NCBI GenBank assembly: GCA_037134915.1
Contig: JBAXLJ010000003.1
Coordinates: 11,118-75,117, forward strand
Length of the DNA stretch: 64,000 bases
Reading direction: 5' to 3'
Source: Candidatus Falkowbacteria bacterium
Lineage (GTDB): Bacteria > Patescibacteriota > Patescibacteriia > Patescibacteriales > UBA12465
Below, piece by piece: positions 23,934-32,262 of this stretch (positions within the stretch are counted from its first letter, which is position 1; each line of letters opens with the position of its first letter). A program made the position numbers and the translations under genes. The notes under the pieces are model-generated. The model saw only the letters and a list, made by a program, of their open reading frames with translations. It had not been told where the DNA came from and made no database searches.

Positions 23934-25118
23934 ATGGTAAATATTTTGGGAATAAAATTATCAACTTTAAATCAAACTGAGCTGCTAAGTCGCTTAGATT
24001 CTTTTTTAAATGGCCCCGGTCAGCATTTTTTAGTCACTCCAAATCCGGAAATAATTTTGCGCGCCGGTTCTGATGAAGAATATTTTTATATTTTAAACGC
24101 CGCCGACTTAGCCGTCGCCGATGGTTTTGGTTTAGTTTTAGCCGGACTGTTAAGTGGACAGAAGATTCCCAGAATTACCGGTTCGGATTTAACCCCGATA
24201 CTGCTTAAAAAAGCCGAAGACGGGCAAATTAGAACCTTAATCATTAATTGGTCGGGGGGCTTATCAAAAGCTAAAGATATCCAAGCGACTTTAAAAAATA
24301 ATTTTCCCAAATTAATTTTAGAAGTCTTAGATACTGAGAAAAAAAATCATTTGCAGGCGGAAGAGAATCTTAAAATAAATCAATTTAAACCTCAATTAGT
24401 CTTTGTTGCCTTAGGAGCGCCTAATCAAGAAAAATTAATTTGGCACGAACTTAAAAACTGGCCGAGTGTAAAATTGGCCTTAGCGGTTGGTGGTTCTTTT
24501 GATTTTTTAACCGGCAAAACAACTCGGGCCCCAAAGATAATGCGACAACTGGGAATTGAGTGGTTATGGCGCCTCACTTTACAACCACAAAGAATTAACA
24601 GAATCTGGCAAGCAACCGTAGTCTTCGGTTTAAAAGTTTTAAAAAGCCGCTTCATTGAACCCATGTTGTATCGTAAGAATGTGGCCATTATGCTCTACAA
24701 AAAAACCGACAATGGCTTTAAAATCTTAGTTGTCGCCCGAACTGACAATTCAAAACACTGGCAAATACCTCAGGGCGGCACTGACGGTGAAGCAATTAAA
24801 GTGGCCGGGGCCAGGGAAGCCAGGGAAGAACTAGGAACTGATAAATTTGTAATCAAAGAATCTTTTAAAAATATTTACACTTATAATTTTAAGAAACTCG
24901 GCAAAGAAAGAACTCACAAAAAACACGGCTATAGAGGGCAAAGACAAAGTTTAATAATCGCTGAATTTATTGGAGAAGACTCAGATATCAAAATTAACTA
25001 TTGGGATCATGTTGCCTGGCAATGGATAAGCCCCGATAGAATAATGGAGACGGTTCATCCTTACAGGCAAGAAGCTATGAAAACTTTTCTGCCTTATTTC
25101 CTAAAAACTATTAAATAA
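23934..25118 (+). CDS. WecB/TagA/CpsF (GT26) glycosyltransferase fused to a C-terminal NUDIX hydrolase domain
   Basis: 394 aa. GT26 part (ILGIKLSTL...HFLVTPNPEIILRA...LAVADGFGLV...VFVALGAPNQEKLI...IEWLWRL). NUDIX part from about residue 245 (WQIPQGGTDGEAIKVAGAREAREELG, RppH-like). One continuous frame with no stop. Confidence 0.75.
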   Translation: MVNILGIKLSTLNQTELLSRLDSFLNGPGQHFLVTPNPEIILRAGSDEEYFYILNAADLAVADGFGLVLAGLLSGQKIPRITGSDLTPILLKKAEDGQIRTLIINWSGGLSKAKDIQATLKNNFPKLILEVLDTEKKNHLQAEENLKINQFKPQLVFVALGAPNQEKLIWHELKNWPSVKLALAVGGSFDFLTGKTTRAPKIMRQLGIEWLWRLTLQPQRINRIWQATVVFGLKVLKSRFIEPMLYRKNVAIMLYKKTDNGFKILVVARTDNSKHWQIPQGGTDGEAIKVAGAREAREELGTDKFVIKESFKNIYTYNFKKLGKERTHKKHGYRGQRQSLIIAEFIGEDSDIKINYWDHVAWQWISPDRIMETVHPYRQEAMKTFLPYFLKTIK

Positions 25119-25125
25119 AAATATT

Positions 25126-26571
25126 ATGACTGACAAAATTAGAATTCGTTTTGCTCCCTCACCAACCGGTTTTTTACACATCGGTAATTTTCGCGTGGCT
25201 CTGTTTGATTATTTAATTGCTAAAAATTTAAAAGGTAAATTTATTTTGCGCATTGAAGATACTGACTCTAAAAGAGAAGTGGCTGGGGCTGCCGATAAAC
25301 TAATCAAAATTCTCGACTCTTTTGGTTTGGATTTTGATGAAGGCCCGCATAAAGGCGGCGACTTCGGACCCTACATTCAATCACAGCGCTTAGATATTTA
25401 TAAAAAATACTCTGATAAACTCCTGTTAGAAGATAAGGCCTATCGTTGTTTCTGTACCGAAGAAAGGCTGACCGAAATGCGCGCTAACCAAGAGTTAAAT
25501 AAACAAGCACCTCGTTATGACCGTTTGTGCCGAGATTTATCCGAAGCGGAAAGCACTAAGAGAGCTAGTAACGGCGAGCCTTATGTTATTCGCCAAAAAA
25601 TGCCACTTGAGGGTGAAATAAAAGTTCACGACGAACTGAGAGGTGAAATTACTTTTCAGACCCATGATTTAGACGATCAGGTTTTAATTAAATCAAATGG
25701 CGTACCGACTTATCAATTTGCCAGTGTCGTCGATGATCATCTTATGGAAATATCCCATGTTACCCGCGGTGATGAATGGCTACCCTCGTTTCCTAAAAAT
25801 ATTTTACTATATCAGGCTTTTGGCTGGACACCACCAAAATTTATTCACTTTCCTTTAATTCTTAACAAGGAAGGCGGAAAATTATCCAAGCGCAAAGGCG
25901 ATGTGTTTGTGGAAGATTATTTAGCCCGCGGCTATTTACCAGAAGCCATTATTAATTTTTGCGCTTTGCTCGGTTGGCACCCTAAAGGTGATAACGAAAT
26001 CTTGTCGCTAGAAGAATTAACTAGAGAATTTTTTATTTCCGGAATTGGAATTTCGCCCGCTGTTTTTGATTTAGAAAAATTAAACTATTACAACGGCCAC
26101 TATATCAGAGCCAAAAAACCCGAAGACTTAGTTAATCTTTGTCGCCCTTATCTAGAAGCGGCTGGTTACGATTTAAAAACTAGCAATTTAGAAAAAATAA
26201 TTGCCATTGGTGCTGATCGCCTAAAAACCCTTGAAGAAATAGCCAGTGTTTCAGTTTTCTTTTTTAAGGACCCGGAGTATCTACCAGAATTATTGCTTTG
26301 GAAAAATTTAACCGCTTCCGAAATGAAAAATAATTTGCAGGAGCTAAGCAATGTTCTAGAAAATATTGCCGACGATAATTGGACTAAAGAAATTTTAGAG
26401 GAAGAAGTTTTTATGTACTTAAAGAGTCACGACAAAAAAAATGGTGATTATCTTTGGCCTTGGCGAGTGGCGGTTACCGGGCTTAAAAATAGTCCCAACC
26501 CTTTTGAAGTTTCCGGGGCGCTAGGAAAAATAAAAACTTTAAAGAGAATTAAAGCCGCCATTAATCTATAA
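25126..26571 (+). CDS. gltX: Glutamyl-tRNA synthetase
   Basis: 481 aa. RFAPSPTGFLHIGNFRVAL (HIGH-type motif) and KLSKRKG (KMSKS-type motif). Confidence 0.95.
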   Translation: MTDKIRIRFAPSPTGFLHIGNFRVALFDYLIAKNLKGKFILRIEDTDSKREVAGAADKLIKILDSFGLDFDEGPHKGGDFGPYIQSQRLDIYKKYSDKLLLEDKAYRCFCTEERLTEMRANQELNKQAPRYDRLCRDLSEAESTKRASNGEPYVIRQKMPLEGEIKVHDELRGEITFQTHDLDDQVLIKSNGVPTYQFASVVDDHLMEISHVTRGDEWLPSFPKNILLYQAFGWTPPKFIHFPLILNKEGGKLSKRKGDVFVEDYLARGYLPEAIINFCALLGWHPKGDNEILSLEELTREFFISGIGISPAVFDLEKLNYYNGHYIRAKKPEDLVNLCRPYLEAAGYDLKTSNLEKIIAIGADRLKTLEEIASVSVFFFKDPEYLPELLLWKNLTASEMKNNLQELSNVLENIADDNWTKEILEEEVFMYLKSHDKKNGDYLWPWRVAVTGLKNSPNPFEVSGALGKIKTLKRIKAAINL

Positions 26572-26613
26572 ATTTTGTTTTACACAAAAGGCAAAAAATG
26601 GTATAGTTAAATT

Positions 26614-27843
26614 ATGAAAAAATTCTCGATTATTTTATTACTTCTGATCGTAGGAGGTTTACTGCAGACCTCTGTTTCTGTTTTTGGACAATACGGATCA
26701 GTGGATGAGGAAATTAAAGCTCTAAATGATAAAATCCAGGAACAGAAGAAACAGATGGATAGTCTAACGGAAAAACAGAAAGCCTACCAGGTGATGATTG
26801 AAAAAAAACGCCAGGATCAAAATAGCTTAGTTAATCAATTATCTATTTTAGGTGACCAAACCGATAAAACTAAGTTAGATATCGACAGTGCCAATATTAA
26901 TATCGATAAAACTAACCTAGAAATAAAAAAGATCCAATTAGACATGGAAAATGTTGACACCGAAATCAACACCGAGAAAGATCATATTAGCAACTTGCTA
27001 CGCTTAGCTTATAAGCAGGACCAAGTTTCGACTTTGGAAATGCTGCTGCTTAACAATTCCTTAGCTGAATTTTTAAATCAAGCAAAATATTTAGAAAACA
27101 CCGATAGCAAAATTAAAGAAAGTTTAGACTCTTTAAAAAATAAAAAAGACCAGCTAGAAAAGAGCCAAGAAAGTCTTGACGCTAAAAACAAAGATCTGGC
27201 CTCATTAAAACTGGAGTTGGAAAAGAAAGTTGATAACTTACAATACGAACAAGATAGTAAGGGTATAATTTTGGAGGAAACTAAATCATCTGAAGCTGAA
27301 TATCAGAATTTACTGGCCGAAGCCAAAAAACAACAATTGCAAGCGGAAGCGGAGGTTTATAGTTTAGAAAAAACTATCCGTCAGAAAATGTCAGAAAAAG
27401 ATAAGGTTAAATTAGAAAGTGGTTCTTCTGATATCGCCTGGCCCATTAGCGGTCGTACCATCACCACCGGCTTCCATGACCCTGATTATCCTTATCGTAA
27501 GATCATCGGCGAACATCCCGCCATCGATATCCGTTCACCTCAAGGCAGTACTTTACGTGCCGCTGCCGATGGTTATGTGGCCCGAGTTAAATTCGATGGC
27601 AGCACTAACTACGCTTACATCATGATTATTCATAATAACGGCTTATCTACTGTCTATGGTCACGTTTCGGCCGTGTCAGTGGTCGCTGATCAATATGTCC
27701 ATCAAGGAGATGTTATTGGCCGAACGGGCGGAGCGCCTCATGGAGTCGGTTCCGGACCTTTTACCACTGGTGCTCATTTACACTTTGAAGTTAGAAAAGA
27801 TGGAATTCCGGTTAACCCCGTTGGCTATTTGCCACAAAATTAA
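26614..27843 (+). CDS. M23 (LytM) peptidase with long N-terminal coiled-coil (EnvC-like)
   Basis: 409 aa. Signal peptide and ~250-aa coiled-coil. M23 motifs HPAIDI and GAHLHFEV. Confidence 0.85.
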   Translation: MKKFSIILLLLIVGGLLQTSVSVFGQYGSVDEEIKALNDKIQEQKKQMDSLTEKQKAYQVMIEKKRQDQNSLVNQLSILGDQTDKTKLDIDSANINIDKTNLEIKKIQLDMENVDTEINTEKDHISNLLRLAYKQDQVSTLEMLLLNNSLAEFLNQAKYLENTDSKIKESLDSLKNKKDQLEKSQESLDAKNKDLASLKLELEKKVDNLQYEQDSKGIILEETKSSEAEYQNLLAEAKKQQLQAEAEVYSLEKTIRQKMSEKDKVKLESGSSDIAWPISGRTITTGFHDPDYPYRKIIGEHPAIDIRSPQGSTLRAAADGYVARVKFDGSTNYAYIMIIHNNGLSTVYGHVSAVSVVADQYVHQGDVIGRTGGAPHGVGSGPFTTGAHLHFEVRKDGIPVNPVGYLPQN

Positions 27844-27851
27844 AAAAAATA

Positions 27852-27882
27852 AAAAAGGACCTATTAATTTAGGTCTTTTTTT
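27852..27882. terminator. Bidirectional terminator between the M23 peptidase and xerC/D-like genes
   Basis: A-run, gaccta (27858-27863) pairs with taggtc (27870-27875), T-run 27876-27882. Confidence 0.65.
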
Positions 27883-27903
27883 ATAACCAAACAGGGAACC
27901 AAG

Positions 27904-28842
27904 CTAATCTTTTAAGGGGTGAAATTGTTTTTGAGTTTTTTGAGCATAAGAATCGGAGGCATGAACATAACGAGTGGTGGTCTCTAGCGATTCATGCCCC
28001 AGAAGAACCTGAATTGCCGCCGGATTAGCGCCCGCCTCAGCCAAATAGGTAGCAAAACCATGCCTTAAAGAGTGAGCCGAAATCGGCAAGTTAATATCTA
28101 ATAATTCGCGATATTTTTTAATCGTATTTTGTAAATAAACCGGGGAAATTTTTCGATCTTTAGCCGTCGCATTTTGACCACGATAAGGAATGAAGGCAAA
28201 GAGGGAATCATCAGTCCTAGTGACTAAATAAGCCTCTAAATGGCCCCTAGCACGTGGCGTTAAGTAGACAAAGCGCTCCTTCTTGCCTTTACCCAAAACA
28301 AAGATTCGCCCGGCTTTATCAATCTGTTTTATTTTTAAATTTATGAGCTCAGAAATTCTCATTCCGGTGGAGAAGAGGACCTCAAGCATGGCTCGGTTCC
28401 TTAGACCGATTAAACGGTTCTTTTCAAAACTCGAGGGAAACTGCAATAATTTAACAAATTCGTCAAGTTCGGCAATTTGTGCATTTTTTTTAGTAGTTTT
28501 GAGCATTTTAATCATATCCGGAGCAATCGGTGAAGGGTAGTCCATTTCAATTAAATAACGGAAATAAGAACGCAAAACTGACAACATGCGGTTAATTGAA
28601 TAAGCATTTAAACGCGTTTTAGATTCTTGAGCTAAAGCCGTCTTACGATCAACTGAAGTTAGTAGCGCCTTATAGTTTAAAATATCTTTTTTGGAAAGTT
28701 TTTTAAAACTAATAGAATTATCAAACAAAAAATCTTCAAAGACCTTAAGGTCACGCTCATAATTATAATGGGTTTCCGGGGAATAGTTATTAACTTTCAA
28801 ATTGAGCAGAAAGTCATCAAACAGTGGTAAATTTTCACTCAT
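27904..28842 (-). CDS. Tyrosine recombinase XerC/XerD family
   Basis: 312 aa. N-terminal SAM-like domain. C-terminal catalytic motifs (GMRISEL, HSLRHGFATYLAEAGANPAAIQVLLGHESLETTTRYVH). Confidence 0.85.
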   Translation of the reverse strand: MSENLPLFDDFLLNLKVNNYSPETHYNYERDLKVFEDFLFDNSISFKKLSKKDILNYKALLTSVDRKTALAQESKTRLNAYSINRMLSVLRSYFRYLIEMDYPSPIAPDMIKMLKTTKKNAQIAELDEFVKLLQFPSSFEKNRLIGLRNRAMLEVLFSTGMRISELINLKIKQIDKAGRIFVLGKGKKERFVYLTPRARGHLEAYLVTRTDDSLFAFIPYRGQNATAKDRKISPVYLQNTIKKYRELLDINLPISAHSLRHGFATYLAEAGANPAAIQVLLGHESLETTTRYVHASDSYAQKTQKQFHPLKD

Positions 28843-28907
28843 ATTAGTATAAGTATTGGGTTAATGATAACTGTGTATAATAATTCTTACACTTAGTTTA
28901 TAGCTTA

Positions 28908-28936
28908 ATAATATCATAAAGCGCGTCTAGTATCAA
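28908..28936 (-). promoter_or_regulatory. Putative promoter for the xerC/D-like gene
   Basis: Minus-sense TTGATA (28936-28931), 17-nt spacer, TATTAT (28913-28908). The -35 sits within the palindrome agtatcaagatact. Confidence 0.45.
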
Positions 28937-28965
28937 GATACTGGTCCCAGCTAAAAATTAAGCAG

Positions 28966-29106
28966 TTATTGAATCAGGAGGCCTAAAATGCTTACTGTCG
29001 GTGTAAACATTAGGACGATTTTAATAATGAGTAAGAAGACTCCAATAAATAATAAGCCAAAGATTATAACAGCGGCCGTAAATAAAGTTTTAAATAGTTG
29101 TTCCAT
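28966..29106 (-). CDS. Possible 46-aa single/double-TM micro-protein (below the ORF-track cutoff)
   Basis: My hand translation: MEQLFKTLFTAAVIIFGLLFIGVFLLIIKIVLMFTPTVSILGLLIQ*. GGAGG-like SD (ggcggaggcgg) about 9 nt upstream. Sits in the same-strand gene array between ftsQ-like and xerC/D-like. Confidence 0.4.
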   Translation of the reverse strand: MEQLFKTLFTAAVIIFGLLFIGVFLLIIKIVLMFTPTVSILGLLIQ

Positions 29107-29142
29107 ATATTTTTTCCGCCTCCGCCAACTGGCAGATATCGA

Positions 29143-30006
29143 TTATTTATTACCAATATAAACTTTGTCACCGTATCTTAAATCAATATAATTTACGCTA
29201 CCTATATTATCCTTTATTTTTTCTCGTTTGACAACTAAAAACTTTTCTAGTTGTTTATTTATATCATCTTTGACGTTAAAAAAAGCCAGCAAGCCATTTT
29301 TAAAGACAACTTTAATTGTATTTAATTCTTGACTAATCAAGTATCTTGAGATCGCGGTCTCCGGGCTCTTCTCTGCTTCATTTTTAAGAGCAAAGATGAA
29401 ACTTAAGTAATCGGGATTAATTTTTAAATAATCATTTTCAATTAAGGAATCTGGAGTTTGATTTTCAATGATCGGAAATTTATTTAAATCATCAGGGGTA
29501 ACGACACTGTCTCTAATAATAAATCCTTTGGAATCGCTATAATAGCTCTGCCCTGCTTCCTGCCAAATAAAAGCGTAGGGTCGCTCCTCAATATCGATTG
29601 AAAGTGAGTGGAATAATTTTTTGCTAATTTTTATTTTAGAAAAATTAAAGCTACTTAGAAGTTCAGCCTCAGCGGCTTTCTTATTAAATAATAAGAGATT
29701 TTTTTGTTTCAGTGGCCAAATGCTTTTTTTATCTGTTTGCTGCCAAATGTGTTCTGAAATAGCTGATTCTGGCAGACGCCCTAAACCGTTAATTTTTATA
29801 TTACGGATTTCAAACAGTGGTGAAGCTAAAAAACCATAGAGGATGAAGAAAATGATTCCCAAAATACCAATAGCATAAAAACCCAATCCCAAGGTTCTTT
29901 TTTTCTTACTCACGTGATGAGTTCTGAAAAAAGGATTTTTTAAATTTTTGGTTTGATAATCTTTTTTAATTCGACAATATTTTAGTTTTCTCTTCCCTGT
30001 TGACAT
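29143..30006 (-). CDS. FtsQ/DivIB-like cell-division protein (POTRA domain)
   Basis: 287 aa. Basic N-terminus, one TM (LGFYAIGILGIIFFILYGFLA), then a POTRA-like IRNIKINGLGRLPESAISEHI segment. Confidence 0.65.
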   Translation of the reverse strand: MSTGKRKLKYCRIKKDYQTKNLKNPFFRTHHVSKKKRTLGLGFYAIGILGIIFFILYGFLASPLFEIRNIKINGLGRLPESAISEHIWQQTDKKSIWPLKQKNLLLFNKKAAEAELLSSFNFSKIKISKKLFHSLSIDIEERPYAFIWQEAGQSYYSDSKGFIIRDSVVTPDDLNKFPIIENQTPDSLIENDYLKINPDYLSFIFALKNEAEKSPETAISRYLISQELNTIKVVFKNGLLAFFNVKDDINKQLEKFLVVKREKIKDNIGSVNYIDLRYGDKVYIGNK

Positions 30007-30030
30007 ATTTTAACTTTTATATTAGTTAAA

Positions 30031-31188
30031 TTAAACGATAATCCGACGGATATTAGATTGAAGTCCTACGAGCAGTTCGTAAGGAATGTGCCCTGAGATT
30101 TTAGATAAATTATTCAAAGAATTTTTATCAAGATTGTTCCCAGAGATTATCTCAATTTCATCTCCTATTTTAACATCTAAATCTCCAACCGCCAAACAAC
30201 ATAAATTCATACAAATCCGACCAGCAATCTTTAAATACTCTCGACGTCCAGATTTTTCCCAAATTAAGCTCGCCAAATTTGATAAACCTCGGTTTAAGCC
30301 TTCATAATAACCAAAAGGAATAACCGCTATTTTGCCCTCAGCCTGAGCCTGATAGGTGCCGTTGTAAGAAACCACATCATTTACTCTTAAAGACTGCAGA
30401 GAGACTACTGTTGAACTCAGTCGAAGGGCTGGTTTGAGATTACTTGTTTTACTAAAATAAACACTATCTTCACCGTAAGGACTATAGCCATACAAAGCTA
30501 AGCCGCTACGATAAGCCGTTAAAGCCGGATGGTTAAAAGAAAAAATCGCGGCGGAATTACCAAGGTGCACCCATTTAGGATTAAAGCCTTTTGAACGTAA
30601 AATATTTAAATCATCTAAAAATTTCTCTAGTTGTTGATGATTTAGGTTACTGACTTCTTCAGAGGCAGCCAAATGAGAACACAGACCGGTAATCTCAACC
30701 CTCTTAAGAAGCTCAGCGTTTTCCATCAAAAAACTTTCCAAATCTTTAATCCCCTCACGATTCATACCGGAGTTAACAAAGAGGTGAACCCGAGCTCGGC
30801 CGAGCTCGGCCAAGGCTGATAGCGATTCTTTATTATAAATACAAAATTCACTTCTCTTTAAATTACAATAAGAATAAGCCTTAGCCGGCATTTCGCCCAA
30901 AATTAAAACTTTTCTTTTGAAATAATGATAGACGATTTGTGCTTCCGGAAAAGAATCAACAATTACAAACGGTGCCCGAGAGTCATTTAAGATCAGACAT
31001 AATTCCTTTAAACCATGCCCATAGGCATTGGATTTTAAAACCGGAAAAATAGCTGCCTGAGGCTGACTAGCTTCAAGGACTTTATAATTATCCAAAATCT
31101 GCTGACGCCCGATTCTAATTTCATTTAAGGTCTGGTATCTTGGTTTAATAAATTGTTTTAATTTGTTTATCATGTGATTATTTAACAA
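30031..31188 (-). CDS. alr: Alanine racemase
   Basis: 385 aa. PLP-lysine motif VLKSNAYGHG and C-terminal GYYEGL...YELL pattern. The alternative start at 31173 (MINKLKQ) would remove the 11-nt overlap with the upstream gene. Confidence 0.9.
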   Translation of the reverse strand: MLNNHMINKLKQFIKPRYQTLNEIRIGRQQILDNYKVLEASQPQAAIFPVLKSNAYGHGLKELCLILNDSRAPFVIVDSFPEAQIVYHYFKRKVLILGEMPAKAYSYCNLKRSEFCIYNKESLSALAELGRARVHLFVNSGMNREGIKDLESFLMENAELLKRVEITGLCSHLAASEEVSNLNHQQLEKFLDDLNILRSKGFNPKWVHLGNSAAIFSFNHPALTAYRSGLALYGYSPYGEDSVYFSKTSNLKPALRLSSTVVSLQSLRVNDVVSYNGTYQAQAEGKIAVIPFGYYEGLNRGLSNLASLIWEKSGRREYLKIAGRICMNLCCLAVGDLDVKIGDEIEIISGNNLDKNSLNNLSKISGHIPYELLVGLQSNIRRIIV

Positions 31189-32245
31189 CTACCCCCTGCC
31201 CTTTATTAAGGGTATCCTGAGGCAAGGTAGTATCAATAGACGGTAATTTACCGCTTAACTTTTCACCAGTATAACTATCAGTCGCCAAATAAGAAATATT
31301 ATTAACGAGTACGGGGTTAGTACCTAGCTGCTTAGCTAGTGGCAAGAGTTCAACCTCGAAACCAATTTGATAAGTACCATTTTTTACACTCACTTCTTTA
31401 ACCGTCCAAGTTAAACGCTTTTGACTTTCGTTATAACTAAATTCGCCGGCACTTAAAGTTTTATGATTAGACAAGGTAACTCCTGTCGGCAATTTAGCGC
31501 TAAAAGTAAGGTTAGTTAAGTCATTACCTTGATTATTAACTTCAAAAAAAATCCAATAATTAGTGGGCAGGCCAAGCTTCGGGGGAATTGGTCCGCTACC
31601 CAATTGATCGCCAAAGGGGCTATTATAATAAGCTATAGCCTCCGGTTTTAAATCGGTGATTAATTTTAAGTCTGGACAATCATAATCACTAGTATAAGAC
31701 TGGCCATCCGTTTGATAAGTAGCCTTAATAGACCAAGCGATATTTCTCGGGGAGTTGGTTCCATTATTTAAGGTCACTTTAATATTAAATTCCTTCGTTT
31801 CCCCTGCTACCAGTTTTGTTAACCAAAGTTTATGGTCCTTAACAGTTACCGTTGAAGAGGCTTCAACTTTTTCTAACTGTTTAACTGAAAAATCTTTACT
31901 TAAAAATTGGGGACTGAGAATTAAATTATTAAGATCATTTTGGCCGTTATTTTCTAAAGTAATTTTAACAATAAAGGTTTCTCCGGCATAAATATTACTT
32001 TTAGTCATTGATGTTTTAATAAGCAATATTTTATCGGCAGTCGTGGTTGCTATTGGACTTTTGTCGACATGACTTATCGGCTCATTGACAATTTTAGTTT
32101 GCGGATAATAGCTGATAATAATTAAGGTCAGGCCTAAAGCCAGAATAATTAAAACTAAGATAATATCCGCGATTAAATGCCAGTGATGATTTAAATAGTG
32201 TTTAGCCTGACGATTCTTCCACCATTTTTTTAAATCGTAAATCAT
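31178..32245 (-). CDS. Membrane-anchored protein with DUF11/CARDB-like beta-sandwich repeats
   Basis: 355 aa. N-terminal TM (LIADIILVLIILALGLTLIIISYY). Two similar modules (GETFIVKITLENNGQNDLNNLIL; YWIFFEVNNQGNDLTNLTF). Confidence 0.5.
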   Translation of the reverse strand: MIYDLKKWWKNRQAKHYLNHHWHLIADIILVLIILALGLTLIIISYYPQTKIVNEPISHVDKSPIATTTADKILLIKTSMTKSNIYAGETFIVKITLENNGQNDLNNLILSPQFLSKDFSVKQLEKVEASSTVTVKDHKLWLTKLVAGETKEFNIKVTLNNGTNSPRNIAWSIKATYQTDGQSYTSDYDCPDLKLITDLKPEAIAYYNSPFGDQLGSGPIPPKLGLPTNYWIFFEVNNQGNDLTNLTFSAKLPTGVTLSNHKTLSAGEFSYNESQKRLTWTVKEVSVKNGTYQIGFEVELLPLAKQLGTNPVLVNNISYLATDSYTGEKLSGKLPSIDTTLPQDTLNKGQGVVVK

Positions 32246-32262
32246 ATATTTAAATTAATATT

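Noticed and set aside
28873-28892. Possible dif-like Xer recombination site next to the xerC/D-like gene (gtgtataataattcttacac).
   Set aside because: Only 5-bp inverted arms separated by 10 nt. It lacks the ATAA-N6-TTAT core of known dif sites and is indistinguishable from chance in AT-rich DNA.
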